The notes beneath the pieces were generated by a model that saw only the letters and a program-made list of their open reading frames with translations, was not told where the DNA came from and did not search any database. A stretch of DNA of 64,000 nucleotides. Source: Takakia lepidozioides. Lineage: Eukaryota > Plantae > Bryophyta. Shown piece after piece: positions 11,748 to 24,899 of the stretch. The DNA is taken from positions 74,462,001 through 74,526,000 of the forward strand of contig CM060731.1 in assembly GCA_030704615.1 (NCBI GenBank), given 5' to 3'. How positions within the stretch are numbered: position 1 is the first letter of the stretch; each line of letters begins with the position of its first letter. Position numbers and translations under genes: made by a program.

Positions 11748-12680
11748 TAAAAATTGCAAGGAGTGATTGTAAAGTTCCAAACACTCAAATCTCTTGGAGC
11801 CTTGTTCGCCTCGCACATGTGTCAAGTTGATCACCAGCTGTAGTAGATCCAAAGGTAGGCCCTGGTGTTTGTTCACTTTCACCTGACAGAGAGGAGCACC
11901 AGTGCAACTTCATCACAACTAGACTCACAAGCTAGCTCACAAAGAGGATCCACTAAAGAAGCAGTTTGCTGCCATTTGGATCTTTGAGATGTCTTTATTT
12001 GCCACATTGTACAGAATAAATGCCTAATGCCTATATATGCCTTACTTGTATGAATGGATGAGGCGATGCAACAAGGCGATCAATGAGAAGTTGCCATCTC
12101 TGAAGCCCTGGCTTCACAAAGAGGCCTCAAAGAGCAGTTGGAAGAATCAATGGTCTACAAGTGCAGCTGTAGGTCAAATATGAGCAAACCTGAGACTTCG
12201 AAGCCAGTGTGCAAGCAGACATTGCCAGATTCAAATGTGTGGTGTACAAGCCACGAGCCAAAGAACGACTTCTAATAGCAGACAGATGGAAGAGTTCTTT
12301 TCTGAGCCATTATCATATTACACCTGACTTGGAGATTGTTATCTTGCTGATGTGCCAACCTCTCGTATCCGATAGACAGATCGGGGCTGTGATTCAAAGT
12401 AAGTCCTCACACATACCTCTGCTAGCAGCCCCAAGAAAACCAGCTGCAGGCCAAGTCAATGCCACAAAATCTGGTCAGATTCCAATAAGTGGATAGATGA
12501 TGCAGCACCCGTTGCCCATTCCCTGTCAACATTGGACATACCCTTGTGCACAGTTCCTGCACAATACTAAGTCCTCCTCGAGCCGGTTGTGTGGTTTCAG
12601 CCCACTGATGAGATAGAGAGAAAAAACAATCTCCATGACATCCATGGAAGGACCTGAGGGGAATGGGTCAAAGAAAGGAT

Positions 12681-12720
<40 letters not shown>

Positions 12721-15470
12721 CTACTGCAGGTATGTACATGAGTAGATAATCTTAATCGAAGCTCACTCACGCTAAAAGGAGACGGTCAGAAATAGGCTGA
12801 CCAAACCAACCAGGATTGTATTGCACTTGTAGACCCATAACAAGGAGCTCAGCACAGAGGACATAGCTTGGAGTTGCATTGGAAAGGGCCATTCCATAGC
12901 CCCAAGTCCGGGCTGCAGTTATCGGTGACCAGCTTGCAAAGACACCTGCAAAGAAGGATCCAATAGTACAGAGGGCTCCCAGAAAACCCATCAGGCGCAT
13001 GGGCCGGTCCCTGAATTGAATCCAGAAACACAGCATTGTCAGGTCTGTTCCTCTGTGACAGTAGTGCCTTGCAAGACTGCGAAAACAACATAACCGACAA
13101 TAACTGGACCAGCTTGAAAAGGTCCATAGCTAAAGCAGGCACCACAGAACTAGAATGACCAGCACAGAACTGGTAATATTGACCAACTGCTGGGAGAGGT
13201 TAAAGTCAACACACCTGGATCTCTGAAATGGCAGCCCCCTCCATGGCCGCAAGGGCAGGAATGATGCGATGCATTTCTCCATATAAGCGAAGATTTGATA
13301 CCAGTGATGCTCGGTAGGCTTTCAGGCTGCAGCCATAGTCATGTAGTTCAACCTGCATCCATCTCACTCCCATTGGATTTGTTATCGTATAACCATTGCT
13401 TATGAACTTCAAATCAAGACAGGGGTTGTGATAGAAGTGGTTGGGATTACAAATAGACCATGAAATGTTTGAAATTCCACACTCCAAACCTAGGGGGAGA
13501 ATGAACAGTGAATCCATCTCATAGCCACGACAATATCCTGCTATTTATGTGATAGTTGGAAAAATGAGGTGGTTGAATATTCCCAACAAAGAATATAGGC
13601 CATGGCTACTAGTTTTAGCAACTGTGGAGCTTGAAGGCAAAAGAGTTCTTGGGGACATCAGGTGGGGAAAAGGGTTGGTCAACTTGCCTATCAGCCAATT
13701 CACAACACTCGACGGAAAGTTTCTTGTGAGAAAATTGTCTTTCTGGTCACGGCGCCATCCACACACCAAATCACAGCCTCCATCTTCCCTAACCATGGTC
13801 CGGGAGTTTAGGGATGTCCTCTGCATCATTCTGCAAGTCCCCATCCAATGTCACCAGAATTTCGCCAGCTGCAAAGTCGAATCCTGCAGCCATTGCCGCT
13901 GTTTGACCGAAGTTTTTGCGAAAGATCTCATATCCTCCCTCTCAGCTGCCATGGCCTTCAGCAGTTGTGTGCTTCCTGGGTTCAGAACTACAAGAAATTG
14001 ATAATTATTCTAGTGACATGAAAAGTGACAAACTCTTCACCAGTTTGACATTCTGTGAACAGTAGTAAGGGGCTCCATGTGTGGGGATTGCTCATCAGCA
14101 GGTGAGAGTGCTTTGACAAGCTAACATAGGTCAGTGATTCTGACTGAAGACAACCAGTATTCTTTAAGTTACCATTTAGGGCACACCGCATTTCTCAACC
14201 TACAGAGGTGGCACAAAAGTTTTCATTTTTCCAACAACTACAAAGCTGCTACTATTGTGGAGTCAGCTAAAATACCTGCAAATCTGAACCCTTCAACCGC
14301 CATCAATCAGACAAGAGAGTCCTACATGCTTAAAAAAAGCATACACTGCTTAAACCCTACCCTGAGTCGACAAGCCATTTTTAAATAAACTATTGCATGC
14401 CCAGAAAATTCACACTACCGGACACAAGGGCTGCCTAAAGAGAAGAACAATCAAACAAATTTATACTTCGATTGGTGCAAGTGAAATTAGGGTTTCAAAC
14501 TACTGAGTATTCAGAAACGAGACCTATCCTGGAGCTTCTTATGAAACAAGACGGTTTTTACTACTGAAGAGGACCTTACCGTCAGTTGATCCGTCGTCAA
14601 TGCAAATGATCCTCCCCGCCTGCGCATCACAGCTCTCACTCTTTCCACCAGGATCCCTATGGAGGATACTTCATTATATACTGGAATAATGACAGAAACA
14701 GGCATTGGCTCTTTAACCGGTAAAGGTGACGACATCGCTCCAAGCGTGTGAAACGTGCGATACGTTCTTGTGAGAACAGAAAGGTGTTTCCTCCCACAGT
14801 CGACCATTCGAAATAGGGGATGGCACTGATAAATATTGTGCAGCTGTAAACCTGCGGCTCTCCTTGCTGGTTCGGGTAGACGACTTTCCTCTGCTTTGAG
14901 ACACCAGGCATTGGACAGGCCTCCATTGTTTGTAGCAGGTCCTGCAGCAGAAAATTCAAATTTAAAGTGGAAATAAGATGAACCTGATTGAGTAGGTCGT
15001 GGTGCCAAGCCATTGACTCTCTAGAGATGTAATTGAGACACGCGGAACAAAGAAGAACTTTCTCTTCAACTGGATGCCGAGAAAACGTGACCACTGACCT
15101 GTCTAGCACCGACCTGAAATCAGCAGCAAGAAGAGATCGAATCTCGTGCACAGCTCGCCGCCCACTTACGGAGACTTCCGCCACATTCACGCTCAACCCA
15201 AGCCGTAACCCAAGCATTATGAAACGTCTCGGCAACAAACCCCTAAAACGAAACGTTTCTCTAGAACATTACCGCCCGAAAAATCCACATTCCTACCGTC
15301 GTCCTGTCATCGAAACCACTGTGGCCGAGATCAGTGCAGGACATCTGCGTTCCGACATCCGTTTCATCGTGAGCAACAGCACTTCCAAGCAGGTGGGCTC
15401 CATTAGCCCATTAGGCTATCTCAGATTCTTCAAATCAACCAAGACGTTATCCATTCAGTCTTTCGGACCC
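11722..15470 (+). repeat. Segmental duplication copy 2
   Basis: Colinear with 757-4660, with several deletions and one small inversion. Confidence 0.9.
12339..14940 (-). pseudogene. Pseudogenised duplicate of the GT2 gene
   Basis: Relative to copy 1: 10-bp frameshifting deletion at PYEI (~14610), deletions in exon 2 (~13795, ~13926), exon-2 donor lost (~13684), 5' part of exon 4 and its acceptor deleted (~13045). Last exon retained (stop 12339-12341). Confidence 0.88.
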
Positions 15471-16503
15471 ACCAGTGCAATTATCCTGGTCTTCCATCCA
15501 CTCCTTCCGCCAATAGTTATGCATCCCTTCCCGTCTTTCATTCAACTATCCCACACTCACACCGGTTCACTTGCATCCAGGAATTCTAGGGTAGATCATT
15601 GATTGCTGCATTCATTTCCTGGAGTCGGACCCATCGAACTCATTCAATTCAGACCCATTTATAGATTGGGTGAGGGTATCACTGTATCAGTTAGGTTTGG
15701 GCCCGCTTCTCAAAGAGAACACCATTAATAGGAGGGCATACGGGCCAACTTATTACTAGTGATGTTCCACATGAACTTTGCACTTGAGAGCCTTCCAACT
15801 TCCAAGCAACAAGTTGACAGACGCCTTGAGCACTGAGAATACTGCCTAATTGTTGCCCAAGACACTAAGAAGAAGCGATTTGCCTCATTATGGTGCCCCG
15901 TGTATGAACTGCCAACAGCCGCTTGAGACATCAGACCTTCAGCATCAGCTTTGAAATTGAGTCCAAGGCACTGTACCATTTCCAAATAAAAATATTATAG
16001 AATCAGGGTTCTGAGGCTTACCTGACGCTGTTATGAGGGTATTCCGGCGGCATGTGGGCTCATTCATTGACTCGGCGTTTCAGAAGTTGATACTGGTAAG
16101 TGGAATGAAGATCCATGGCTCATATTTGCAAGAGCAAATGTGCAGAGCCTGAAGGACTCCTGCGCAGTAATCACTAAATAGCAACCAAGCACCTTAGAAT
16201 ATTTGGGAAAGGTTGTACAACTGCTAACCGGGGTTAACTGGCTCTGAAGACTTTCATTAATTACGTCACTGCATAGGTCCACGTTCAAAATTTGCCGATG
16301 TTGTTCGTGCCTTTATGTTTGGTAGTCCTACAGAGCCACCTCATTGCTCAATCTCCTTCCGCTGTGGAGTAGTATTAAAGTTGTAGATCTACCTACAGTA
16401 CAGCATGTGAGCTTTTCGAACGTTTAGTCTTGTGGAAAGTAGTCTAAGTTCTATCGGACTTCAATGACCTACCGGTAGGGTAGCAGTCTTGTGTATAGAT
16501 GGG

Positions 16504-16983
16504 GCCTCAGAATTAAGTGTGGCCTCATCGTAACGAGGCCGCATGGTGCAGAGGGGACAGGGACCTGAGAGCGGCCCCGCTACATTAAAACGATCCCTAT
16601 TCCCCTGTTTCTCTTATATATCGAAAAAAACAACGATGTAATATAACGGCGGAGGTTGTTGGTCTGGTGGTAGGTAGATGGCGATGTGGCTTTGCAATTC
16701 CCGGGGTCAATTCCTTGAACGTAGGATTCGGGGGATGGCGCTTACTGAAACTACCTCCATGGAGGTGCAACTACACTCTCATGCAGGTAGTTCAGCCTGG
16801 TTTTGCAACTACCTTCATGTAGAAAATCCTAAAACTACCTGCATGGAGGTAGTTGTAAAATTCATATGCCAAAAAAATTCGAAGTCCTCGATGCATGAAG
16901 GTAGTTTGCTCCTATATTAATGAGACGGCCTGACGGTCGTCTGACCAGCCTCATAACGACGAGGCCACACAAAATTCTGAGCC
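16504..16983. mobile_element. Non-autonomous TIR element (Mutator-like MITE), 480 bp
   Basis: TIRs gcctcagaattaagtgtggcctcatcgtaacgaggc / gcctcataacgacgaggccacacaaaattctgagcc; 9-bp TSD atagatggg at 16495-16503 and 16984-16992. Confidence 0.8.
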
Positions 16984-19783
16984 ATAGATGGGTACATGCC
17001 GAATCCGGATTAGAAGTAAATGAGGAGGCTTGTTGGAGATCGTTGGTACTGTTGGTAGGCACAAAGTCCTAAGTAACTATTTAATTCTCTTGGATTACTC
17101 TACGCTACACCTGAACAATTATCTGAGGCTGTGGGATCACCCTTACTACATATGCCTATCTATCATACTACCTGCCTATATAACACTACATGAGGACGGT
17201 GCTTTCCAGGTGTAAGTTGCAAGAAGACACCGTGCCTCATCAACCACTGCATTACCGTCTGTGGGATCATTCTCTATACTTCCGGACATGTATCCGAGGA
17301 TATTGGATCACATACTGCGTATTTCTACATACATACATACCCGCCCATAACATCTGTGCAGTGAAGGAAGAAGGTGGTTGCAGTTTGAAGTTTGCTGGAG
17401 CATGGAAAGAAGGCACTCAAACTGACTAGCTAGCTACTATAGTTTTGCACAGAAATGACCGTTGAGTACTGACTGGCACAGCGCCGTTGACATGCTCCAT
17501 TTCGCATTACTGAAATCCCAACTTTGAATGCTCCTGACACACCCCTAACTAACTTCGCTTCTCACTAATCACTGCACTAATCACCTTTGACTTGTTACTG
17601 CCAATGTGTAGCTTCTTACTAATAACATCCACTTTTGACTTGTGGCCACTAATCATCTCTATCAATGTTCCTTTTTACTCCTCCACGATTTGCATAATCT
17701 GGATGCCTTACTTCTTAGCTTTATTATTAGTCCGTCATCTTCGAGCAGCAAGTGGTGCCTGCTTCAGATCAGAGACTCAAAGCGAATCTATTTTATCTAG
17801 ATTGTGCAGGACGTGGGGCAAACAGCCGAGCCACTGGGTGTTTTTCAGCACACCCAAGTTGGCGATCTTGGTGTGCTCAAGCCTAGTAAGTAGATCAAGC
17901 AGGATGGAGGAAGACTGAGATTCAAGACGATGATTCGTTGACCTACTCATCTGCCGCGGCGGGTTCAAACAAGAGGAGAAAAGGCAGATTCACTTTCATA
18001 ATGCTTCCAGCTATGAACTGGAATATACATTGAATGCAGTAAGTCTGCCAGTCCTTTTCCACAAGCGGCAAAAGGACCACGCATTCACTTCCTTTCTGTC
18101 ACCTTAAATTTTCACACACTTTTGCTGCCGTCTCTAGTCTCCACTCTCGACACTCCACCATCGCCGTCCTCTCTCAAGTTCGAACTCATCGTCGTCCTCT
18201 TCATCGGACCCCCTCCTCGCACTGCTCATACACTGCTCAACATAACGTACGGTATATCACATATACGGATATAATACACAGTTAATATATACTCTCCGGT
18301 AGAGACGTAGTTTGTGATGTATATACGAATTTTGGATGTACGAAAACTGCGCAACGGCCGACTGACGACTCCTACCTACCTACCTGCTATACACGGGCAG
18401 ACATTCATTACGGGCAGACAAAATTTATTGTTTGTCTGGTGGGTGGGTGGGTCGGTATAAATTCTTGTTGCCGCTCAAATAATATAATACTTACAGTATT
18501 TTGGTTTTCTGTTTTTTTAATTGAGCCCTCTTACTCAAATTAAAGAAAGGAAAAATTAATCACCTGCGGCTGGTAGCTCAGTTGGATAATTGCAATGCGT
18601 GAAAAAAAAAAAAAAAAAAAGCGTGAGATCACCCTAGTTTCTTTTCGTAGGTTGGTGAGCATGCTTGAATTTGCAGCCCTGTCAAGCAAATAATAATGTG
18701 AGGGGTAATAAATAAATAAAATATAAATATAAAGAGTGAAAGGATTATAATAACCCGAAAATATGAGGGGTAGGTGATCCCTGTACCTATGTAGATAATT
18801 AGCAATTTTAGTAACAGGGTTAGTACTAGTACAAAAGTCTACCAACGGTAAATCGATGATAGTTTACCAGTAACCGAACACAATACTATTTTCTTATTAT
18901 ATAGTACGAGTTCTTGTACAACTACTCGTATGTGAAGACGGTTGCTAGGCATGCAGTATGGATGCATGAGCAGGAATACGAAATCAATGCATATCCCCCG
19001 TCCTTCGTTGCATTCACGTGCCCTCGTCTCTCATCAGGCTTTCTCGCTCTCTCTGTCGATTCACGGAGGCTTGGCTTCAATCATTCCACTGAGTTGTGTT
19101 GCCTGCATCCCTGTCGCTTCGACTAATTTCTTAGTGCTGGTTGTCTCTGTTTTCTCCCCCTTGTAGTTGGGGTGTTCGTGGAGCCGTTCGTTCTTTAGCT
19201 GAGAGTCTTCTCTCTGCTCTGCAGTCCAGCTCTGGAAAGTTGCGTTTGAAATCTACTCAGCCGGCTTGTCTGCTTTTGCTTCGGAGTAGGGGTATGTGCA
19301 GCTTGGGTGCCGATTGCTTAAATTTTTAGAGATAAGTATAAGCTGACCTCGCAACCTCCCCAAAACTATATCGTAGCAAGGTGAGTTCGTAGACAGTTTG
19401 TAACAAGGCTTCTCTCATGCACGCAGTTTTTACAGGCAGTAGAAATGCGACGAGTCAGAGAGTTTAGAATGGAGCTCCCGCAGTGGGATTGGCAAGCAGC
19501 TGACGGACTTGGAGTTCGAGAAGGGGAAGATGCGACCTGCGAGCCCACAGAGTGTGCAAGAGGAATACCACCTGATTTTGACGTGGAAGAGCAGTCATGG
19601 AGCTTCAGGGCTATCGCCAGACTGCTCCAAGGAGCTTCAAAATTTGCGAATGCAGGTCTGTAGTGTTGACGATTTCAGCTTGAGGGACGAGCTGAGTAAG
19701 TGTCAGTAGGCGCAAGGAGAGAAGAGGTAGATGAAGCGGGAACATCTCAGGGAGATGGACCTGGGATATGTTGGAACAAGAGT

Positions 19784-22700
19784 ATGAGAGTGGGCACAAT
19801 GAGAGCTTCGGTATGGTGGAGAGCTGTGGTGGTCGGGTGTCTGGTTGCCTGTTTGACCATGGAGGTGGCACTAGCTCTTGGAGGTGTAGAGACTGGAGCA
19901 ATGCTGCAGCTGCGGCGGGAGCTTCATGTGCAGGACAGTGCTTGGCCCGGGACAGGAGACCCCTGCACCACATGGCAAGGGGTGCAGTGTGTCAATAACC
20001 ACGTAGACACCATCCAGCTGACAGCCTTGCCTCGCGATGCAACTTCGGCCACAGGGTTTTCCTTGGACGCCCTTCAGAACCTTGCGTATTTAAGGGGCCT
20101 CGATGCATCTCGGTTTTCATTGCCTGGTCCTTTACCTGATTGGATTGGTCGCCTTCAAGCACTCGAGAGCTTGGACTTCACGGCCAGTTCCCTCAATGGC
20201 TCAATTCCGGGCTCGCTTGGTGGTTTGTTTAGATTGAGAATTCTTCGCCTTGCACAGAATAATTTATCCAGCAACATTCCTCCTCCGCTTGGCAACTTCG
20301 CTAATCTGACAACTTTAGACCTTTCATTCAACGGGTTGGTGGGTCCAATCCCGGCCTCTCTCATGAAGGCACCAAAGTTGACAGCTCTGGATCTTTCAAA
20401 TAATAACTTGACTGGACCAATTCCTTCGGTAAGCGAACTCGTCAGCGTGCAGAAATTGCGTTTGTCCAAGAATCTTCTTGATGGCTTTGTTCCAGCCCAA
20501 CTCGGTAACTTGTCACTACTAAATCAGCTTGATCTGTCTTCCCATCTTCTTTCAGGACCCATCCCGCGCGAGCTTGGAGGTTTATCGCGATTGAACCTTT
20601 TGAGTTTGGCTAGTAATAACCTGTCTGGATTGATTCCCCACGAAATTACCAAGTGTGCGGGTCTCTCGCGTCTGCTCTTGGATCAAAATTATCTCTCGGG
20701 TGCGCTTCCACAGTCCCTTACGGACCTGCGAAATCTGGTCTCCATGAACGTTTCCTGCAATCTTCTGACAGGGACATTGCCTCAGGGTTTCGAAAGCTTG
20801 CAATTGCTTCAGAGATTAGATGTATCTCACAACTACTTGTACGGATCACTGTTTCCACAACTGGCCAACCTTTCAAGTATGCTGGTTATGGACATGGCTC
20901 TATTTCTTCAACGGTAGCCTGCCTGTGGGTTTATTACCCGGTGCAGTGGTGAAGAAGAATTGTCTTTCGAACGTTCCGAGACAGCATAGTCTGCGGATCT
21001 GTAAGAGGTTTTATGCTCGCGAGGGAATTGTATATGGAGGGCCCGGTGCATCACAAGGTGCTCGCCCGCCATCGGTATTACCGTTTGTAGCTCCTCCTAC
21101 AAATGTCTGGGATAGAAGGAACAAGCGCATAGTGCCCATCATAGGAGGGGTTTGTGGGGGTTTAGGATTGATCCTGTTCATTGGAGCCCTGGTGTTTTGC
21201 CTGCAAAGGTATGAAAGAAACAGAGAGTTGGGCAGGAATTGCAGCATCGAAAGCGGAGGTGGTGGTGGTCCTGCCGGTGTGTCCGGGGGTGGACCTGTCA
21301 CCGCCACCGCGAGTCGAATGGGAGAGGTGTTTACGTATGCGCAGCTGCAACACGCTACCAAGAACTTTGCACTGGCAAACCTGATTACAAATGGGCATTC
21401 AGGGGACCTATTCAAAGGCTTCTTAGATGGTGGAGCAACAGTAGTAGTGAAAAGAATAGATTTGAAGAAAGTCAAGTTGGACTCTTACTTGGGGGAGCTT
21501 GAAGTGTTAGGTAGAGCGTCACACACTCGATTGGTATTGCTGTTAGGCCATTGCCTGGAGCGCGAAGACGAAAAACTTCTGGTTTACAGCTATGCACCTA
21601 ATGGTGATCTAGCATCTGCCCTGCACAGGAAGGGCAGCCCAGGCCCCTGCGAAGATGTCTTGCAATCGTTGGATTGGATAACCCGCCTGAAGGTTGCAAT
21701 TGGCGTGGCAGAGGGGCTTGCATATTTGCACTCGGAGTGTTCCCCTCCCATCGTTCACAGGTTACTTACATCCTTCTGTTGTTCTGTCTCTGAATCTATT
21801 CTACTTCCAATGGATTTTGATCAGATATCTGGTGCCAAAAGTCTGAACGAAACTGAACTTTGGAACTTTCACTTGGAAAGACTGACAGCCAATTCTAACG
21901 TACTGAGATGAGAGAGATTTGCTGCCAACAAGGACTTCCATCCTTCACGAAATAATTCGGAGTTCTGAATTAGGTGTACTACCAGATCATTGCACTGCCC
22001 AAAGTTTTCTGGAGACTGAACCCTGCAGGCAAGCATCCTAGGACAGTTTCCAAGGGAGGAAACATCACTTCATGACATGAATAGTGTATACATCCACTGC
22101 ACCTCTCTCTGTTTATTGCACAACCTCTTGCCTCTTAAGTATTGTATGACAATTTACGTAAATGTTGCCTCAATGGTTAATTTCACTCTTACAGGGATAT
22201 AAAGGCAAGCAGCATTCTCCTGGACGACAAGTTTGAGGTCAGACTCGGGAGTTTGAGCGATGCCCGCCCGCAAGATGGAGATGCTCATCCAAATCGGATC
22301 ACTCGGTTGCTTGGCCGCTCACAGTGAGGACTCTTCCTCTTCCTGCTTATGACACAGTTTGACATATGTATTTTTATCTTCCAGTACACATCAAAGGCTG
22401 TGGGGGCTTAGCATTTCCAAATTGGAGCAGCCAAACCTTTGATCTCTTTCTTCCCCAGTCCATGTTAATCACCAGTTTTTGAAATCTTTTATTTCAGGAG
22501 ATTGCAAGGATTCAATTGTAAGATCTGTTGGAACGGAAATGTTTCCACCGTATGTGGGAACCATAGATCTTCACCATGTTGTTGTGGTTTGAGCCAATGG
22601 TTGAGGATATCAGGAATTCCACTGACTTTATGTGTACTGTGCTGTCTATTGTCTGGTGGGAGCAGATCTTCAGATCAAGGAGATCCAGGTGAGATGCTAG

Positions 22701-23614
22701 ATTCTGTCATAGTTGTCTCTGAAAGCAAGAATAGCCTGTTTAATGACCTCCCCTTCTTGTTTTGAGATTTTCAGGGTAAGTCCTGAAAGGTTCTAGGGTT
22801 TTCAGCACCTACCTGCTGGAGAAGGCTCCACCTGCTCAGTTTTGATGAGAGGATCTTTTACTGTGTTTCAATTATTGGTACGGGAGGTGTGATGGATTCA
22901 TAGGAGAGTTCCTGTAGGCCCTCGAGGCACCACAAGTGTTGAGACTAAAGCTCCAAGCTTGGTGGTAGGAAAGTATGTTGTCTGATGGGAGTGGGTGGAC
23001 CTACAGGTTCGGCAGTGGTGTCCTGTGCATATGACGTGTACAACTTTGGGAAAGTGCTGCTGGAGCTGGTCTCAGGAAAGCTGGGCATTAGCGGTGCAAC
23101 TGACCCTCGTGCAGAGGCATGGCTGGAGTGGGCGCTCCCTCTTATCAATGTGCACAATAAGGAGTCACTTCCAAAGCTAGTGGACCCTTCTCTTATAGTG
23201 GATGAGGATCTACTAGAGGAGGTCTGGGCTATGGCGATCATTGCCAAGGCCTGTCTCCAGTCGAAGCTGTCAAAGCGGCCCAGCATGAAACATGTTCTCA
23301 AAGCGCTAGAAAGTCCACGCAAGGTAGTCAGGGAAGAAAACTTCGGTGAGTCATTGGCTGTGAGGACATCTTCTCACAGCTCGTGGAATGAGGCTTTGTT
23401 TGGGAGCTGGCGGCACAATCACTCGCAGAACCTAGCAGTTCCAGAGACATTACGAGAGGAGTACATTGGCTCTCTCCCCATTGCAAAGGCTACTGGAATG
23501 GCATCAACAAGTTTGCGTGGAGATGTGTCCCAAGGGCAACATGTGAGACATGGGTCCAGTGATATTGTCCCAGAACCCATTGAAGAATTGCCCGAAGTGC
23601 CAGTAGCTCAATAA
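19784..23614 (+). CDS. LRR receptor-like kinase, At2g16250-like (LRR-XIV); one frameshift at ~20900
   Basis: Signal peptide, DPCTTWQGVQC cap, many plant LRRs, TM segment (IIGGVCGGLGLILFIGALVFCL), kinase with GHSGDLFKG, LDWITRLKVAIGVAEGL, HRDIKASSILLDDKFEVRLGSLS, CAYDVYNFGKVLLELVSGKLGIS, VDEDLLEEVWAMAIIAKAC. Exons 19784-21760, 22195-22323, 22666-22688, 23007-23614. Confidence 0.92.
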
Positions 23615-24060
23615 GAGAGAAGAGACCAAGAGAATCATGCTCTTATTCCAAAGGAAGGTATTTTTTGAGTTCTGTCACAAGCAGGCTCCCTGTTAGGGAG
23701 AAGGGGGTTGTACATTAAGTCTAGCGTCATGTTGCATTCATTCTAAGCTATAGGAAATGGTCTTGATCCCTTCATTGGAGGAGGCCGCTATCACACTGCA
23801 TTTAAAGATGGGAAACAAGGGTAAGTGCGCATGATTTGCCCATATTTTTCAGTGTGCCCCACTTCTGTGATCTCTTTAACAAAAAGCTGGACCTTGGTCT
23901 CTCTTCACGCATATTTGTCAACATTGCATTTGCATCACATGTTTCCTCCTTCATCTGTGTGCCTGCATTCACAGAACTTGCACTGATAAGTGAGTAAGTT
24001 TACTGGCGGATTCAGTTGCAGAAGCAGATATTTTATAGCAGTATGTGATGGATGGGTGTA

Positions 24061-24370
24061 GTATGGGTATTATTTCCTTTTATGCCATTGGTTCATTTTT
24101 TCAGCCTTGAATTCCTGAAGTGGTCTTTCTCTCAGGTGATGTAGTCCATATCTTATTCCAACTGCCCAGATGGCTTTCATCACGAATGGATTCTAGCTGT
24201 TTAGGGTGGTGGTGGCAGAGAGTGGTTGTGTTTTTCTTCTGATCACATTTGAGAAACTGGGGTGGGGCCAACCTCAAGCTGGGTACACTTCATCTCAGCA
24301 ACTTGGGCACCGCGCTCTAATCCATAGAAGTGCTCAACTTAAGCCAAGTCATTCCACACCACTTGATCTC
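24061..24370 (+). repeat. Diverged direct repeat, copy left of the retroelement complex (partner ~35988-36320)
   Basis: caactgcccagatggctttcatcacgaatggattctagctgtttagggtggtggtggcagagag vs caactgcccagatgactttcatcatgaatggactctagctattcagggtggtggttgcagagag. Confidence 0.8.
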
Positions 24371-24899
24371 TTACATGATCCTTTCTTGTAAGCAGCATGT
24401 ACACTCAGTGGCCCGCACCAGGTTTTGTGCAAAATGGTCCGGAAACAGTTTTCATGTTGATTTGTTGGATTCTGCCACTACAAATCAGATTGTGGAGCAT
24501 CCTCAAAGCTCACCTACTGCAGTAGTTTTGCAGGGTTAACATATCTTTCTGTGAGATGCATCTTAGCTTTGAGATTTCATGCAGGATGACAGGGTTGAGT
24601 CTTCCTTACGTTTTTGAATGAGGAACCTCCACCATGACCACTGGTATTGAAAAACACCAAGGTGAAAAAGGACAATTTGCAGTGTCAACTGGCAAACATA
24701 TACTCTATGCACATGAACAGGGTGCATGTGGGAGTAACAACAAACGCACATATGTCTGGAGAGCTATTTCTGAGAATGGGTAGCACTTACATCTTGCAAA
24801 AGAGCATAACCCTGTCGTGCATGACACTTTTCCATACCGTTTACTGATGCATCTCAAAGCCGAGTAGCCTTATGAGGTTCAGTTTGGTGCTTTAGTATC

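Noticed and set aside
22195-22323. Kinase lacking DFG (GSLS) as a novelty
   Set aside because: This is a known trait of the At2g16250/LRR-XIV family.
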